Shown piece after piece: positions 21,215 through 30,956 of a stretch of DNA of 64,000 nt. Both the position numbers and the translations under genes were made by a program. This DNA is from an uncultured Thermoplasmata archaeon (GTDB lineage Archaea; Thermoplasmatota; Thermoplasmata; Halarchaeoplasmatales; Halarchaeoplasmataceae). Numbering within the stretch: position 1 is the first letter of the stretch; each line of letters starts with the position of its first letter. The stretch covers positions 1,105-65,104 of the forward strand of contig CAZRSB010000005.1 of assembly GCA_964602715.1 (NCBI GenBank), read 5' to 3'. The notes below the pieces were generated by a model. The model was not told where the DNA came from, did not search any database, and saw only the letters and a list, made by a program, of their open reading frames with translations.

Positions 21215-22039
21215 GTGAATAAGATGGGCAAAAAGAAAATCGGTTTTCAAGGGATTAAAGGATGCAATAGTTCGGTTGCCGCAAAAAAGTACACAAAATC
21301 AATGGATCAAGTGGGCTTTAGAACATTTAAAGAGATATTTAAAGAATTAGAAAAGAACAATCTCACATTAGGAATTCTTCCAGTGGAAAATTCATTAACT
21401 GGTGGAGTAATAGAAGTGAATAAACTTCTGATAAAAAAGGATGTTAAAATTGTAGGCGAATTAAAATTACCAATAACTTATGCTTTACTCTCCTACGAAG
21501 ACAGAACAATTGAAGAGATGGATAAAGTCTTCTCTCATCCCCAAGCCTTGAGCCAGTGCTCTCATTTTTTGTCAAATCACGATTTAGAAGTTATACCACA
21601 TTTTGATACAGCTGGAGCAGCCAAAATGCTTGCTGAAGAAGAAAAGAGAAAAGCGTGTGCTATCGCAAGAACGGAATGTTCTGATTTATTCAATTTACAT
21701 CAGATCACTAATGAAATAGAAAATAATGATGAAAATAAGACCAGATTTGTAATTATAAGTAAAAGTGGTGAACAGAAAGGAGATAAAGCTTCAGTTGTAT
21801 TTTCGGTTCCTCATAAACCAGGAAGTCTACAACGAATACTCAAAGTATTTGAAGATCATAATATCAATCTAACTCGTATAGAGTCAGTGCCAATCACAAA
21901 TCAATCATGGAAATACTATTTTTTCTTAGATTTTGAATTGAAAGATGAAAGGCAACAAAATTTCCAGCTAATAGTAAATATATTGGAAAAAAAAGTAAAT
22001 TATTTTAACTCTCTTGGCTGCTATTATGCCCACAAATGA
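21215..22039 (+). CDS. pheA: Prephenate dehydratase
   Basis: 274 aa with a PDT domain followed by a C-terminal ACT domain ('SVPHKPGSLQRILKVF'). Confidence 0.8.
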   Translation: MNKMGKKKIGFQGIKGCNSSVAAKKYTKSMDQVGFRTFKEIFKELEKNNLTLGILPVENSLTGGVIEVNKLLIKKDVKIVGELKLPITYALLSYEDRTIEEMDKVFSHPQALSQCSHFLSNHDLEVIPHFDTAGAAKMLAEEEKRKACAIARTECSDLFNLHQITNEIENNDENKTRFVIISKSGEQKGDKASVVFSVPHKPGSLQRILKVFEDHNINLTRIESVPITNQSWKYYFFLDFELKDERQQNFQLIVNILEKKVNYFNSLGCYYAHK

Positions 22040-22190
22040 CTAAAAATCAGTGACTCTTTACTAGTCTAGTTGTGATATAATATGAATTCGACGACTGATA
22101 CAAAAACGAACGTAATGTCCCACCAATATATATTTACCTATAGAGTTATGTTGGATGAGATGAGAAACATTTTTACGTATATAAAAAGGA

Positions 22191-22264
22191 AGCCACCGGT
22201 GGGATTTGAACCCACGACCTGCTGATTACAAGTCAGCCGCTCTGCCGGCCTAAGCTACGGTGGC
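22191..22264 (-). tRNA. tRNA-Thr (anticodon UGU)
   Basis: 74-nt cloverleaf folded by hand: acceptor GCCACCG/CGGUGGC, D-stem GCUU/GAGC, anticodon stem GCUGA/UCAGC with loop CUUGUAA, T-arm GUGGG-UUCAAAU-CCCAC. No encoded CCA. Confidence 0.85.
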
Positions 22265-22580
22265 GAGTGGAACGAGTAGATTCCAAGATATTTATAGTGG
22301 AACCTTTTTTATTCAATAAACCCCAAATGGTACCCCAAAATAAGATTTTTGGTTAACTCCAAGCAGATCCTTAGAATATCAAATGACGAAATCAGTAAGA
22401 CAATTATTTAAATGTAATACTTAATTAAAAAATCCATCATGTTTTAGATATTGATAATCACTTCGGGAAAATATTTATATATCTCGGACACATGTAGTAT
22501 AATGTCCTACAATAAGGGGATATTAGTAAGACAATACGGAATACTCGTAAGACAAAACTTGTTCAGAAGGTGTTCGAAGG

Positions 22581-22964
22581 ATGGAAAAAAAGATCTCTCT
22601 GCGGGTGTCAGACGAAGACCTTGAAGTCATCGATTCATTCATAGCAAGACATGACTTCAGTAATCGATCTGAATTTTTGAGAGAGGCAGCTTTAGAGTAT
22701 ATAGAGCGTTATGAACCACCTGTCGGACAGGAAGAAGTACCTCAAAGGATCACATTGCCTAAACAGATCAAAAATAACATACATTATCTGATCAATGTTG
22801 GTCATTACAACGACTGGCAGGATGCAGTTCATGAATTAGTTAGAGAGGGATTACTTAGTGAAGACATCGAAAAACTGAAAAAGCAATATGATACAGTAGG
22901 GGAATTGAGCAGTAAAGTGGAGTCTTTTAAGAGGATGGCGGAAGAAGAGTATATGAAAAGATGA
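22581..22964 (+). CDS. Ribbon-helix-helix protein, CdrS-like (putative cell-division regulator)
   Basis: 127 aa with an N-terminal 'KKISLRVSDEDLEVIDSFIARHDFSNRSEFLREAALEYI' RHH pattern. Immediately upstream of, and co-directional with, the FtsZ-like gene. Confidence 0.5.
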   Translation: MEKKISLRVSDEDLEVIDSFIARHDFSNRSEFLREAALEYIERYEPPVGQEEVPQRITLPKQIKNNIHYLINVGHYNDWQDAVHELVREGLLSEDIEKLKKQYDTVGELSSKVESFKRMAEEEYMKR

Positions 22965-23016
22965 TCCCGTTATTGTAGGTGGAACATACGACCCCCTAAT
23001 ATCGGAGGATTAATAG

Positions 23017-23862
23017 ATGGAAGATAAGAACCCCGAATACCCTGGACCTGATGAAGAATTTATAAGTGAAACGGCAGAACAAGTACTAGACTCTCTATTG
23101 TATGATGCAAACATCTTCGTTGTAGGTGTTGGCGGATGTGGATGCAACGCTGTTGAATATATAACGGATCAAGAAATGGAAAGTGTAAAAACAATAGCGA
23201 TAAACACAGATGAAAGAGTCCTAGGAAGCCTAAATGCAGATAAACAGATGCTAATAGGTAAAGAAGTAACCGATGGGAAAGGAGCTAATGGAGATCCTTC
23301 AGTAGGAAGGAGAGCCGCTGAGCAGAGTGAAGGCCAAATATTGAAAGCTATAGATGACGCGGATATGATCGTTTTAGTAGCCGGCGTCGGTGGAGGAACC
23401 GGTGGAGGAGCTTCTAAAGTGATAGCGGATATTGCTAGAAGAAATGGAAAGATGGTAGTTACTTATGCTGTGATGCCATTTACAGTCGAGAAGACGAGAT
23501 ACGAAGTTGCCGAAAACACTCTAGAGAATATATCACAGAGGAGTCATGCAACTACTGTTTTCGAAAACGATGAAACCCTGGTAAGAAGTGATGAAAAAGC
23601 TAGTGATGGATTTGGTATGGCTGACAGGATGCTTCATAGACTTGTAAAAAAACTGAAGATGAGCTATATTAGAGAATTTTTCGAAGAAATTGGATTAGAC
23701 GCTGTTGGGTTATCTGAAAGCGTTGCCGATTTTGAAGAAGAAGAAAAAGAGAAAAAACCACAAGACCTTCCTGTACTTGAAGCATTAAAATACGTGAGTG
23801 AAAGTGACGAGGAAAAAAAGGAACCCAAACTAGATAATACGCTAGAAAGTTACACTCCCTAA
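23017..23862 (+). CDS. FtsZ/tubulin-superfamily GTPase, C-terminally truncated (GTPase domain only)
   Basis: 281 aa with 'VVGVGGCGCNAV' (G-box), 'AINTD', 'GADM', 'VAGVGGGTGGGAS' (tubulin signature T4) and 'ENDETL'. Ends in an acidic tail without the FtsZ C-terminal beta-domain. Confidence 0.75.
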   Translation: MEDKNPEYPGPDEEFISETAEQVLDSLLYDANIFVVGVGGCGCNAVEYITDQEMESVKTIAINTDERVLGSLNADKQMLIGKEVTDGKGANGDPSVGRRAAEQSEGQILKAIDDADMIVLVAGVGGGTGGGASKVIADIARRNGKMVVTYAVMPFTVEKTRYEVAENTLENISQRSHATTVFENDETLVRSDEKASDGFGMADRMLHRLVKKLKMSYIREFFEEIGLDAVGLSESVADFEEEEKEKKPQDLPVLEALKYVSESDEEKKEPKLDNTLESYTP

Positions 23863-23988
23863 AAGTTCTGAAAAAACTTTTATTTCTTCTCTTTTTTAAA
23901 TATTATTGTTTAATAATTCATAGGTCTTATCGAATTGGATCTTTCACTTTCTTTAGAATAAAATAGAAAATTTTTCCCTCGATATATG

Positions 23989-24471
23989 TTATCGATTGCT
24001 CAAGGAAGTTTCTTCTGTGCTCATTACCTCGATACTATCGGGATCTCTTTCCCACTCTTCATCAACATATTCTGTTTCGACAATAGTCGATATACCACCT
24101 CTAACATTCCAATCTCCTCTAACTTTCATATACCTAGGTTCTATACGCTCTACGAGATCTTTTAAGATTTTATTAGTTGCGGTTTCATGATATATCTCTT
24201 TATCTCGATAACTCACAAAATAAAATTTTAAAGATTTCAATTCTATCAGATATTCATTAGGGATATAGGTGATAGAGATAGTTGCAAAATCTGGTTGTTT
24301 GGGCTTATCAGGGCAAAGACATGTAAATTCTGGACTGACGATCTTGATTTTATAATCTTTTTCTTTAAACTTGTTTTTGATTGTTTTCAATTTCATCTTA
24401 TCACATAAGGTAAAAAAAGCAGTATAATTAATTCTTTCTTTTACAAAAACATTCCTCGCATGCTTCACCAT
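23989..24471 (-). CDS. queF: QueF-like protein (7-cyano-7-deazaguanine reductase family; archaeosine-pathway QueF-L type)
   Basis: 160 aa with 'EFTCLCPDKPKQPDFATI', which is the QueF catalytic Cys/T-fold signature. Confidence 0.75.
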   Translation of the reverse strand: MVKHARNVFVKERINYTAFFTLCDKMKLKTIKNKFKEKDYKIKIVSPEFTCLCPDKPKQPDFATISITYIPNEYLIELKSLKFYFVSYRDKEIYHETATNKILKDLVERIEPRYMKVRGDWNVRGGISTIVETEYVDEEWERDPDSIEVMSTEETSLSNR

Positions 24472-24554
24472 TTGCTACTCTCAAAGTTTATATATGGGTA
24501 CTAATATTTAGAAATCCTTCCTATTCAGTTCATTGTATATTGGAGTGATCATGT

Positions 24555-25502
24555 ATGAAAACAGCATTAGTCGCATTGGGTGGAAATTCACTAAAAAAAC
24601 CAGAAGATGAAGGGACTGCAGAAGAACAGTTTGAGATGATGGATAAAACATGTGATTTATTAGCTGAAATGATCAAAGGTGGTTATGATCTTGTTTTGAC
24701 ACATGGAAATGGTCCTCAGGTAGGAAATATTTTAATCCAAAATGAAAATGCTTCTGATATTGTACCTCCGATGCCATTAGATATTTGTGTAGCCCAATCC
24801 CAGGGTCAGATAGGATATATGTTTCAACAAACTTTGAAAAAAAAACTAGCTGAAAAAGGTGTAAATAGAAGTGTTTCTAGTATAATTACCCAAGTAGAAG
24901 TGGATAAAGATGATCCCGCTTTTGATGAACCCTCAAAATACGTTGGCCCCATCTATTCTCAAGAGGAAGCTGAAAAACTGAAAAAGGACAAAGATTGGAA
25001 TATAAAAAAAACAGCTACTGGAGATTATCGCAGAGTTGTTCCATCTCCACGACCTAAAAAGATTATCGAATCGGAGACCATAGAAGAACTAGTTTTTAGT
25101 GAAAAAAATAATCACATTGTGATCTGTTCGGGCGGCGGAGGAGTCCCCGTGATATCTGAAAACAACAAATTGAAAGGAGTTGAAGGAGTGATCGATAAAG
25201 ATAGGGCAAGTTCTGTTCTCGCTACAGACATAGATGAAGAATTTCTCATAATGCTGACGAATGTGGATAACGTGTATATAAATTACAACAAAAAGGATGA
25301 GAAAAAACTAGATTCTTTGACTGTGAATGAAGCTAAAAAGTATCTCGAAGAAGGTCAATTCCCTTCAGGTAGTATGGGACCCAAGATAGAAGCTTCGATC
25401 TATTTTTTGGAAAATGGAGGACAAAAAGTACTTATCACAAGTCCTGAAAATTTAAACGAAGCATTAAAAAAGAAATCAGGTACTTACATATATCCTGAGT
25501 GA
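24555..25502 (+). CDS. arcC: Carbamate kinase-like amino-acid kinase
   Basis: 315 aa with an N-terminal 'KTALVALGGNSL' and a length and pattern typical of carbamate kinase. Confidence 0.7.
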   Translation: MKTALVALGGNSLKKPEDEGTAEEQFEMMDKTCDLLAEMIKGGYDLVLTHGNGPQVGNILIQNENASDIVPPMPLDICVAQSQGQIGYMFQQTLKKKLAEKGVNRSVSSIITQVEVDKDDPAFDEPSKYVGPIYSQEEAEKLKKDKDWNIKKTATGDYRRVVPSPRPKKIIESETIEELVFSEKNNHIVICSGGGGVPVISENNKLKGVEGVIDKDRASSVLATDIDEEFLIMLTNVDNVYINYNKKDEKKLDSLTVNEAKKYLEEGQFPSGSMGPKIEASIYFLENGGQKVLITSPENLNEALKKKSGTYIYPE

Positions 25503-26638
25503 AAAAGATGACCGGAGCAGATCGGGTCAATTGCCTATCTGAATCTGTGATTAGGGAGATGACTAGGAAGGCAAAAAAACACGGAGCTATCAACTTATCT
25601 CAAGGTTATCCAGATTTTCCTATTAGTGATGAAGTAATAAAAGAAGCAAAAAGGGCAATAGATCAGGATATGAACCAATATTCCATCACATGGGGTTTGG
25701 AGGAATTGAGAAAAAAAGTTTCTGAAAAGTTAAAATCTTTTAACGATTTGGGTTATGATCCTACATATGAAATCACTATTACTTGTGGTTCTAGCGAAGC
25801 TATGATGTCGAGTAGTCTTGGTCTAATAAACAATGATGATGAGATTTTAGTTTTTCAACCATTTTATGAAAATTATGTTCCCGCTATCACAATGGCCTCT
25901 GGAAAACCAAAATTTACCACAATAGATGAAGATTTAGGTATAGATGAAGAGGATATCAAAAAAAAGGTATCTAAGAACACGAAGATGATTGTACTGAACA
26001 CTCCTCATAATCCTTCAGGGAAGGTTTTTGGAAAAGATGATTTAAAATTTATCAGAGACATCTGTGTCGATAATGATATCTTATTGATAAGTGATGAGAT
26101 ATATGAAAAGATGGTTTATGAAGGAGAGCATATCTCACCTGCAACTCTTCCAGATATGAAGGAAAGAACGATCACTATAGGAGGATTTTCAAAGATATAC
26201 TCAGTTACAGGGTGGAGAGTAGGTTATGCTGCAACGACTGAAAAATTGATGAAGCCTATCCGCAAAGTTCACGATTATACGACAGTTTGTGCTCCGACAC
26301 CATTCCAAAAGGCAGCTATACGAGCATTGAATCTATCCTCAGATTATTACGAAGAGATGCTCGACTACTATAAAAGAGGTAGAGAAATAGTTTTTGAGGG
26401 ATTGATCGATACTAGGATGAAACCAGTAAAACCTGAGGGAGCTTATTACATGTTAGCAAGTATAGAGAATTACGATATGACAGATAAAGAATTCGTTCAC
26501 TGGCTTGTCAAAGATAAAGGTGTTGCAGTTGTTCCTGGATCATCATTCTATTCTGAAGGTGGAGAGGATCTGGTTAGATTCTGTTTCTCTCAAGAGATCG
26601 ATCTATTAAAAGAGGCTATGAAGAGAATTGAAGAATAG
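25499..26638 (+). CDS. Class I/II PLP aminotransferase (aspartate/aromatic aminotransferase-like)
   Basis: 379 aa with 'GGFSKIYSVTGWRVGY' PLP-lysine motif. Has a 4-nt overlap with the upstream gene. Confidence 0.8.
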   Translation: MKKMTGADRVNCLSESVIREMTRKAKKHGAINLSQGYPDFPISDEVIKEAKRAIDQDMNQYSITWGLEELRKKVSEKLKSFNDLGYDPTYEITITCGSSEAMMSSSLGLINNDDEILVFQPFYENYVPAITMASGKPKFTTIDEDLGIDEEDIKKKVSKNTKMIVLNTPHNPSGKVFGKDDLKFIRDICVDNDILLISDEIYEKMVYEGEHISPATLPDMKERTITIGGFSKIYSVTGWRVGYAATTEKLMKPIRKVHDYTTVCAPTPFQKAAIRALNLSSDYYEEMLDYYKRGREIVFEGLIDTRMKPVKPEGAYYMLASIENYDMTDKEFVHWLVKDKGVAVVPGSSFYSEGGEDLVRFCFSQEIDLLKEAMKRIEE

Positions 26639-26643
26639 ATTTT

Positions 26644-27156
26644 TCACTCTAAGATGTCACCTGGTTTTCTAAATTCTCCACTCCAATAAAGAACTGAATT
26701 TTCTCTATCCATCTTTTTAGATTTCCAAGATTTCAATACTTTCCCGATGAACCAATAATGGTCTCCTGTTTCGATCTTCTTCTCGAGTTCACATTCAAAA
26801 GATAATGGACATTCCTTTACAGTGGGTATTACAGTTTTTCCACTTTGATCTTTTGAAAGACCAAATTTTTTGAACTTATCTACATCCTTTCCCGTTGTAC
26901 TTCCGCATCCTTTTATCTCTTCTAACATCTGTTCGTTAGGAACATTTACAGTGAATTGCTCCTTCTCATCTATTAAGGAAAAAGAATGTCTCTCTGGGGC
27001 TATACCTACTCCTATCATCGGAGGGTCAAAAGAAAATACATGGGTAAGAGCAACCGTTATAAGATTTGATTTATTCCCTGCTCCACAGCCAACTAAAACA
27101 GTTGGAAATGGAGGTAAAAAGCGAATTCCGTCCTTGGGTGGCAATTCTTCTTTCAT
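26644..27156 (-). CDS. Flavin-reductase-like FMN-binding protein
   Basis: 170 aa split-barrel pattern ('PTVLVGCGAGNKSNLITVAL...FTVNV'). Confidence 0.65.
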   Translation of the reverse strand: MKEELPPKDGIRFLPPFPTVLVGCGAGNKSNLITVALTHVFSFDPPMIGVGIAPERHSFSLIDEKEQFTVNVPNEQMLEEIKGCGSTTGKDVDKFKKFGLSKDQSGKTVIPTVKECPLSFECELEKKIETGDHYWFIGKVLKSWKSKKMDRENSVLYWSGEFRKPGDILE

Positions 27157-27228
27157 GTTTACAGATATACAATAGGCCTAATAATTCTTCTCCTGAATCA
27201 TTCCTACCTTAAAAGATTTATATATCAA

Positions 27229-28485
27229 TTGTACCTAAGAGAAAATATGATTGAAAGACCGCGTGGAACGAGAGACCTGAAACCAGAGATTATGGAATCA
27301 AGACGATGGTTAGAGAGCAAACTTAGAGAAAAAGCTGAGAGTTATGGATACAGAGAAGTATTGACCCCTACATTTGAGCATACAGACCTTTTTCTTGAAA
27401 AATCAGGCCCCTCAATAGTGGAAGAGATTTACTCTTTTAAAGATAAAGGAGGAAGAAAGATAGCTTTGAGACCAGAGTTCACCGCTTCAGTTATGAGGAT
27501 GTTTTCGCAGTGTCTTAGAGAAGAACCCAAACCTCTAAAATTATACTATTTTGGATCCGCTTTTAGATACGAAAGACCACAATCAGGAAGATACAGGGAA
27601 TTCTGGCATTTTGGAACCGAATTGATAGGTGCAGGATCACCTAAAGCCGATGCAGAGAACATCGCTCTAGCTTTTAACTCTATAAAAGAATCAGGTTTAG
27701 AAGAAATGGAGATGAGAATTTCTCACCTTCAGATATTAGAGGATTATTTAAGATCTCATGATATCTCAAGGGAAGATAGGGAAGAGATCTACCATATAAT
27801 AGATAAACAAGAGGAAAATGAGGAATTATTAAATAAGTTCGATCTTGACGAGATTTTTTTTGAATTATTAGATGCTCCCTTTGAAAGCATCCCTGACCTT
27901 ATCGGAGAAACTGAAGCTTACAAGTATCTAAAAGAAGTGTTGGATTACCTTTCTTATTATGGAATCACAGGAAAAGATTTTGAAATAGACTTAAGGACTG
28001 TAAGGGGTTTGGATTACTACACAGGTGTTGTTTTTGAGATCGATGCAGAAAAATTAGGTGCTGAAAAACAGATATGTGGTGGTGGAGATTATAACCTAGG
28101 AGATCTATTTGGTATAGATATATCTTCTAAAGGGTTTGCAATAGGTTTTGATAGACTTCATCTTGCGTTGGAAAAAGAGAAAGAATTAGCCGGTTCAAAA
28201 AGGAAGGGTTGTTATATCATACCAATAGGTGAAGAGAGTCAAGAGTATGCATACGATGTGTTGTTTGATCTAAGAGCTGAAAAAATCAAAACAGACATAG
28301 ATCTAAAAGATCGAAATATAGGTAAAGCTTTAGGATTCGCTGATAAGACAGAATTCAAGTATTCATTACTTATCGGAGAAGATGAAGTAAAAAACAAAAA
28401 GGTCGCTTTAAAGGATATGGATACAGGTGAACAGATCCAAATCGATAAAGATAAAATAGTAGATGAGGTCAAGTCTGATGGTTGA
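27229..28485 (+). CDS. hisS: Histidyl-tRNA synthetase
   Basis: 418 aa with class-II motif 2 'LRPEFTASVMRMF' and HisRS motifs 'YYFGSAFRYERPQSGRYREFWHFG' and 'GGGDYN'. Confidence 0.85.
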   Translation: MYLRENMIERPRGTRDLKPEIMESRRWLESKLREKAESYGYREVLTPTFEHTDLFLEKSGPSIVEEIYSFKDKGGRKIALRPEFTASVMRMFSQCLREEPKPLKLYYFGSAFRYERPQSGRYREFWHFGTELIGAGSPKADAENIALAFNSIKESGLEEMEMRISHLQILEDYLRSHDISREDREEIYHIIDKQEENEELLNKFDLDEIFFELLDAPFESIPDLIGETEAYKYLKEVLDYLSYYGITGKDFEIDLRTVRGLDYYTGVVFEIDAEKLGAEKQICGGGDYNLGDLFGIDISSKGFAIGFDRLHLALEKEKELAGSKRKGCYIIPIGEESQEYAYDVLFDLRAEKIKTDIDLKDRNIGKALGFADKTEFKYSLLIGEDEVKNKKVALKDMDTGEQIQIDKDKIVDEVKSDG

Positions 28486-29101
28486 TTTAAGTACTAAATA
28501 TCTCACTGGTCGCGTCAATAAAATAGTTCTGATATTGGCGATCTTAACGATTATTTATACTTCTAGTCTTTTTGTGGCTCCATTGACACTAGAGTCAGGT
28601 ACAGTTGAGGAACTAGATGGAGCTGCTAATAGAGTGGTTTATAGAGAAGAATGGGATGAATTACATATGTATCATCGAGCTATATATTATTTTGGTGATT
28701 TTAATTGTCATCAAAAACATTATCGATCTTATAGTTTGGGAGGAAATCAGATGCCAGTTTGTTCAAGAGATGTAGGCATCTTTGTGGGGGCTAGTATTGG
28801 CCTATTATTGATGAGTTTTGCCCGAGGTGCAAAAGATTACAAAGATATATTGATCGAAAACATGAATTTAGATCCTACTATGTCAGATGATAAGAAAGTA
28901 GTGATCTTATTGATAATTGGAGCAATTCTAGCTTTGCCTCTTATTCTCGATGGGAGCATACAGATGGTAACTGATTATGAGAGTTTTAATGAATTTAGAA
29001 CTTTTACAGGTCTTCTTTTTGGATTTGGATTTTCTGTCTTCGTATCCTCCTTGCTCCTTTCATTACCTATAGTTGAGAGATATGATGAAACTCATCAATA
29101 A
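28463..29101 (+). CDS. Membrane protein, DUF2085-like (CHQ...CSRDVG motif)
   Basis: 212 aa with several hydrophobic helices and a conserved 'NCHQ' / 'PVCSRDVGIF' pattern. Overlaps the hisS 3' end by 23 nt. Confidence 0.4.
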   Translation: MRSSLMVDLSTKYLTGRVNKIVLILAILTIIYTSSLFVAPLTLESGTVEELDGAANRVVYREEWDELHMYHRAIYYFGDFNCHQKHYRSYSLGGNQMPVCSRDVGIFVGASIGLLLMSFARGAKDYKDILIENMNLDPTMSDDKKVVILLIIGAILALPLILDGSIQMVTDYESFNEFRTFTGLLFGFGFSVFVSSLLLSLPIVERYDETHQ

Positions 29102-29176
29102 AAGATGCGAATATTAGAGGAAATGTAAGGCAAAGCTTAAATACGAATTACTAACTCCCAAGCGTGAGGAATTACG

Positions 29177-29557
29177 ATGACTCACTGGCAAGGTAAATCC
29201 AAACGTAAGATAACAGGCGGAAAAAGAGTATATCATCGAAAAAAAAGAAAGTTCGAGATCAGCAGCGATTATGAATTTCCAGTGATAGCTGAAGATAGGA
29301 GAAAAATTATAAAATCTAGAGGTGGAAATCATAAAGTCCGAGTGGTCGGATCGGAGAGAGCTAATGTAGCTGACCACAACGGAAATGTAGAGGAACTAGA
29401 GATCAAGAACGTAAGTGAAAATCCAGCCAATCCTAACTACGTTCAGAGAAATATATTGACTAAGGGCGCTATAATCGAAACAGAAAAGGGCAAAGCTAAA
29501 ATAACATCACGACCTGGTCAAAATGGAGTAATAAATGCTGTTCTGATCGAGGATTGA
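29177..29557 (+). CDS. rps8e: 30S ribosomal protein S8e
   Basis: 126 aa, basic, with the canonical N-terminus 'WQGKSKRKITGGK'. Confidence 0.85.
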   Translation: MTHWQGKSKRKITGGKRVYHRKKRKFEISSDYEFPVIAEDRRKIIKSRGGNHKVRVVGSERANVADHNGNVEELEIKNVSENPANPNYVQRNILTKGAIIETEKGKAKITSRPGQNGVINAVLIED

Positions 29558-29558
29558 G

Positions 29559-29852
29559 ATGGTTAGGAAAGAGAGAAAAACCTGGATAATTTATCCAGAA
29601 TATTTCGATAAGACTCGTTCGAGATCTGAAAGCCGAAAAGTACCTATAGATATGGCTATCGACTCTCCAAAAATAGAAGATTTAGGGGAAATTTTTGACG
29701 AAATGGACATCCCCAATCGGATTGAAGAGCATCAGCACCATCCATCAAATTGGTTTAAAAAGAAAGGAAGAATTATCATTCCCAAGCAAAAAGGCAGCAA
29801 ACTGGACCTTTTAAAAAAAGTTGGGAAGAAGTTGAAAAACTCACGAAAATAA
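29559..29852 (+). CDS. srp19: Signal recognition particle protein SRP19
   Basis: 97 aa with 'IWPEYFD...SRK' (here 'IIYPEYFDKTRSRSESRKVP'). Lies in the S8e-SRP19 arrangement conserved in archaea. Confidence 0.8.
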   Translation: MVRKERKTWIIYPEYFDKTRSRSESRKVPIDMAIDSPKIEDLGEIFDEMDIPNRIEEHQHHPSNWFKKKGRIIIPKQKGSKLDLLKKVGKKLKNSRK

Positions 29853-29856
29853 AATA

Positions 29857-30900
29857 TCATGGGGTTTCTCTTTTTATTCTCAAATAATCAACACCTTCAT
29901 CTTTGATTTTAGCGTAAAGAAAACTTTTTCTTACACTATGTGCTACCCTTACAGCTCTACTCACCTGATACCACTCACATTCATAGTTCTCATCGACGGG
30001 CTGAACTATATACTCAGCGTGAGTATTATCTGGTTTATCATCATAGACTCTAAAAGGAGCACCATATTTAAATCCAGTTTTTGGGATCAAACTTCTCTCT
30101 CTCATATCTTTATAAACCTTGTATTCGACCTCAAATTTTTCTATTCTTTTTTTGTACATGGCTTTCAACTCATCAGCTTCCACTTCTTCATCGGTTTCTA
30201 TACGCCTGACTTTCAACGAACTTTTTTCTGTAAGATATAGTGTTTCATAGGTCGATAATCTGAGAGTTTCGTTGTCTTTAAACCCGTAAAACTGTTCATC
30301 GTGTAGCGATTGAAAATCCTCTTTTACTATAGTTTTATCTCCAAATAGGACTCCTTCGAGGGGGTTTTTTATTTTTTGACCTACCTCTCCCTTTAAGTCA
30401 ATCGTCGAAAATAAGTAATAAGTGATATCACCTTCTTCATCTACTAAAGCTGTCATCATGGTTTTATTCAAATTTGAGATCTTGTTTTTATCTTCTATTA
30501 TTTTATTGATCTTAAAGATGTCATTTTCTCTATATGAGCACAACCAATACTTTGTAGGAGTCTTGCTAGGTCCTCCTCCTCTTGGAAAAATCCTAAAAGA
30601 TGCGGGATCAGATGCTTTTTTCAGTACATATCCCCTTCTCCTCATATCTTTGTATGGGAGGTACTCTCTATGAAAATCGTCTTCTGGAATCTTTCCTATT
30701 ATATCTTCTTTTTCTAATGGATCTCCTGATCCGTCTTCAATTTCGAGCCGGTCAGTTTCTAAAAGATATAAACCTTCGTACAGATCAAGTTCTAACCCAT
30801 TGTTAGAAAGAGGTTTTCCGAAGTACCCTTTATTGTAAAGGCGGTTGCCTTTTTTTCCGTCTCGAACCAAAATTTTATCGTTTTTTAGTTCTCCTGTCAA
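29857..30900 (-). CDS. endA: tRNA-splicing endonuclease (duplicated-domain, homodimeric type)
   Basis: 347 aa whose C-terminal catalytic domain carries the conserved 'Y...H...K' residues ('YRENDIF', 'HAEYIV', 'SVRKSF'). About twice the length of the single-domain subunit. Confidence 0.75.
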   Translation of the reverse strand: MTGELKNDKILVRDGKKGNRLYNKGYFGKPLSNNGLELDLYEGLYLLETDRLEIEDGSGDPLEKEDIIGKIPEDDFHREYLPYKDMRRRGYVLKKASDPASFRIFPRGGGPSKTPTKYWLCSYRENDIFKINKIIEDKNKISNLNKTMMTALVDEEGDITYYLFSTIDLKGEVGQKIKNPLEGVLFGDKTIVKEDFQSLHDEQFYGFKDNETLRLSTYETLYLTEKSSLKVRRIETDEEVEADELKAMYKKRIEKFEVEYKVYKDMRERSLIPKTGFKYGAPFRVYDDKPDNTHAEYIVQPVDENYECEWYQVSRAVRVAHSVRKSFLYAKIKDEGVDYLRIKRETP

Positions 30901-30956
30901 GTATGATCACTCAATGTTAAGGAAAGGAATTATAAAAGTATGTTCTTTATCGATAG

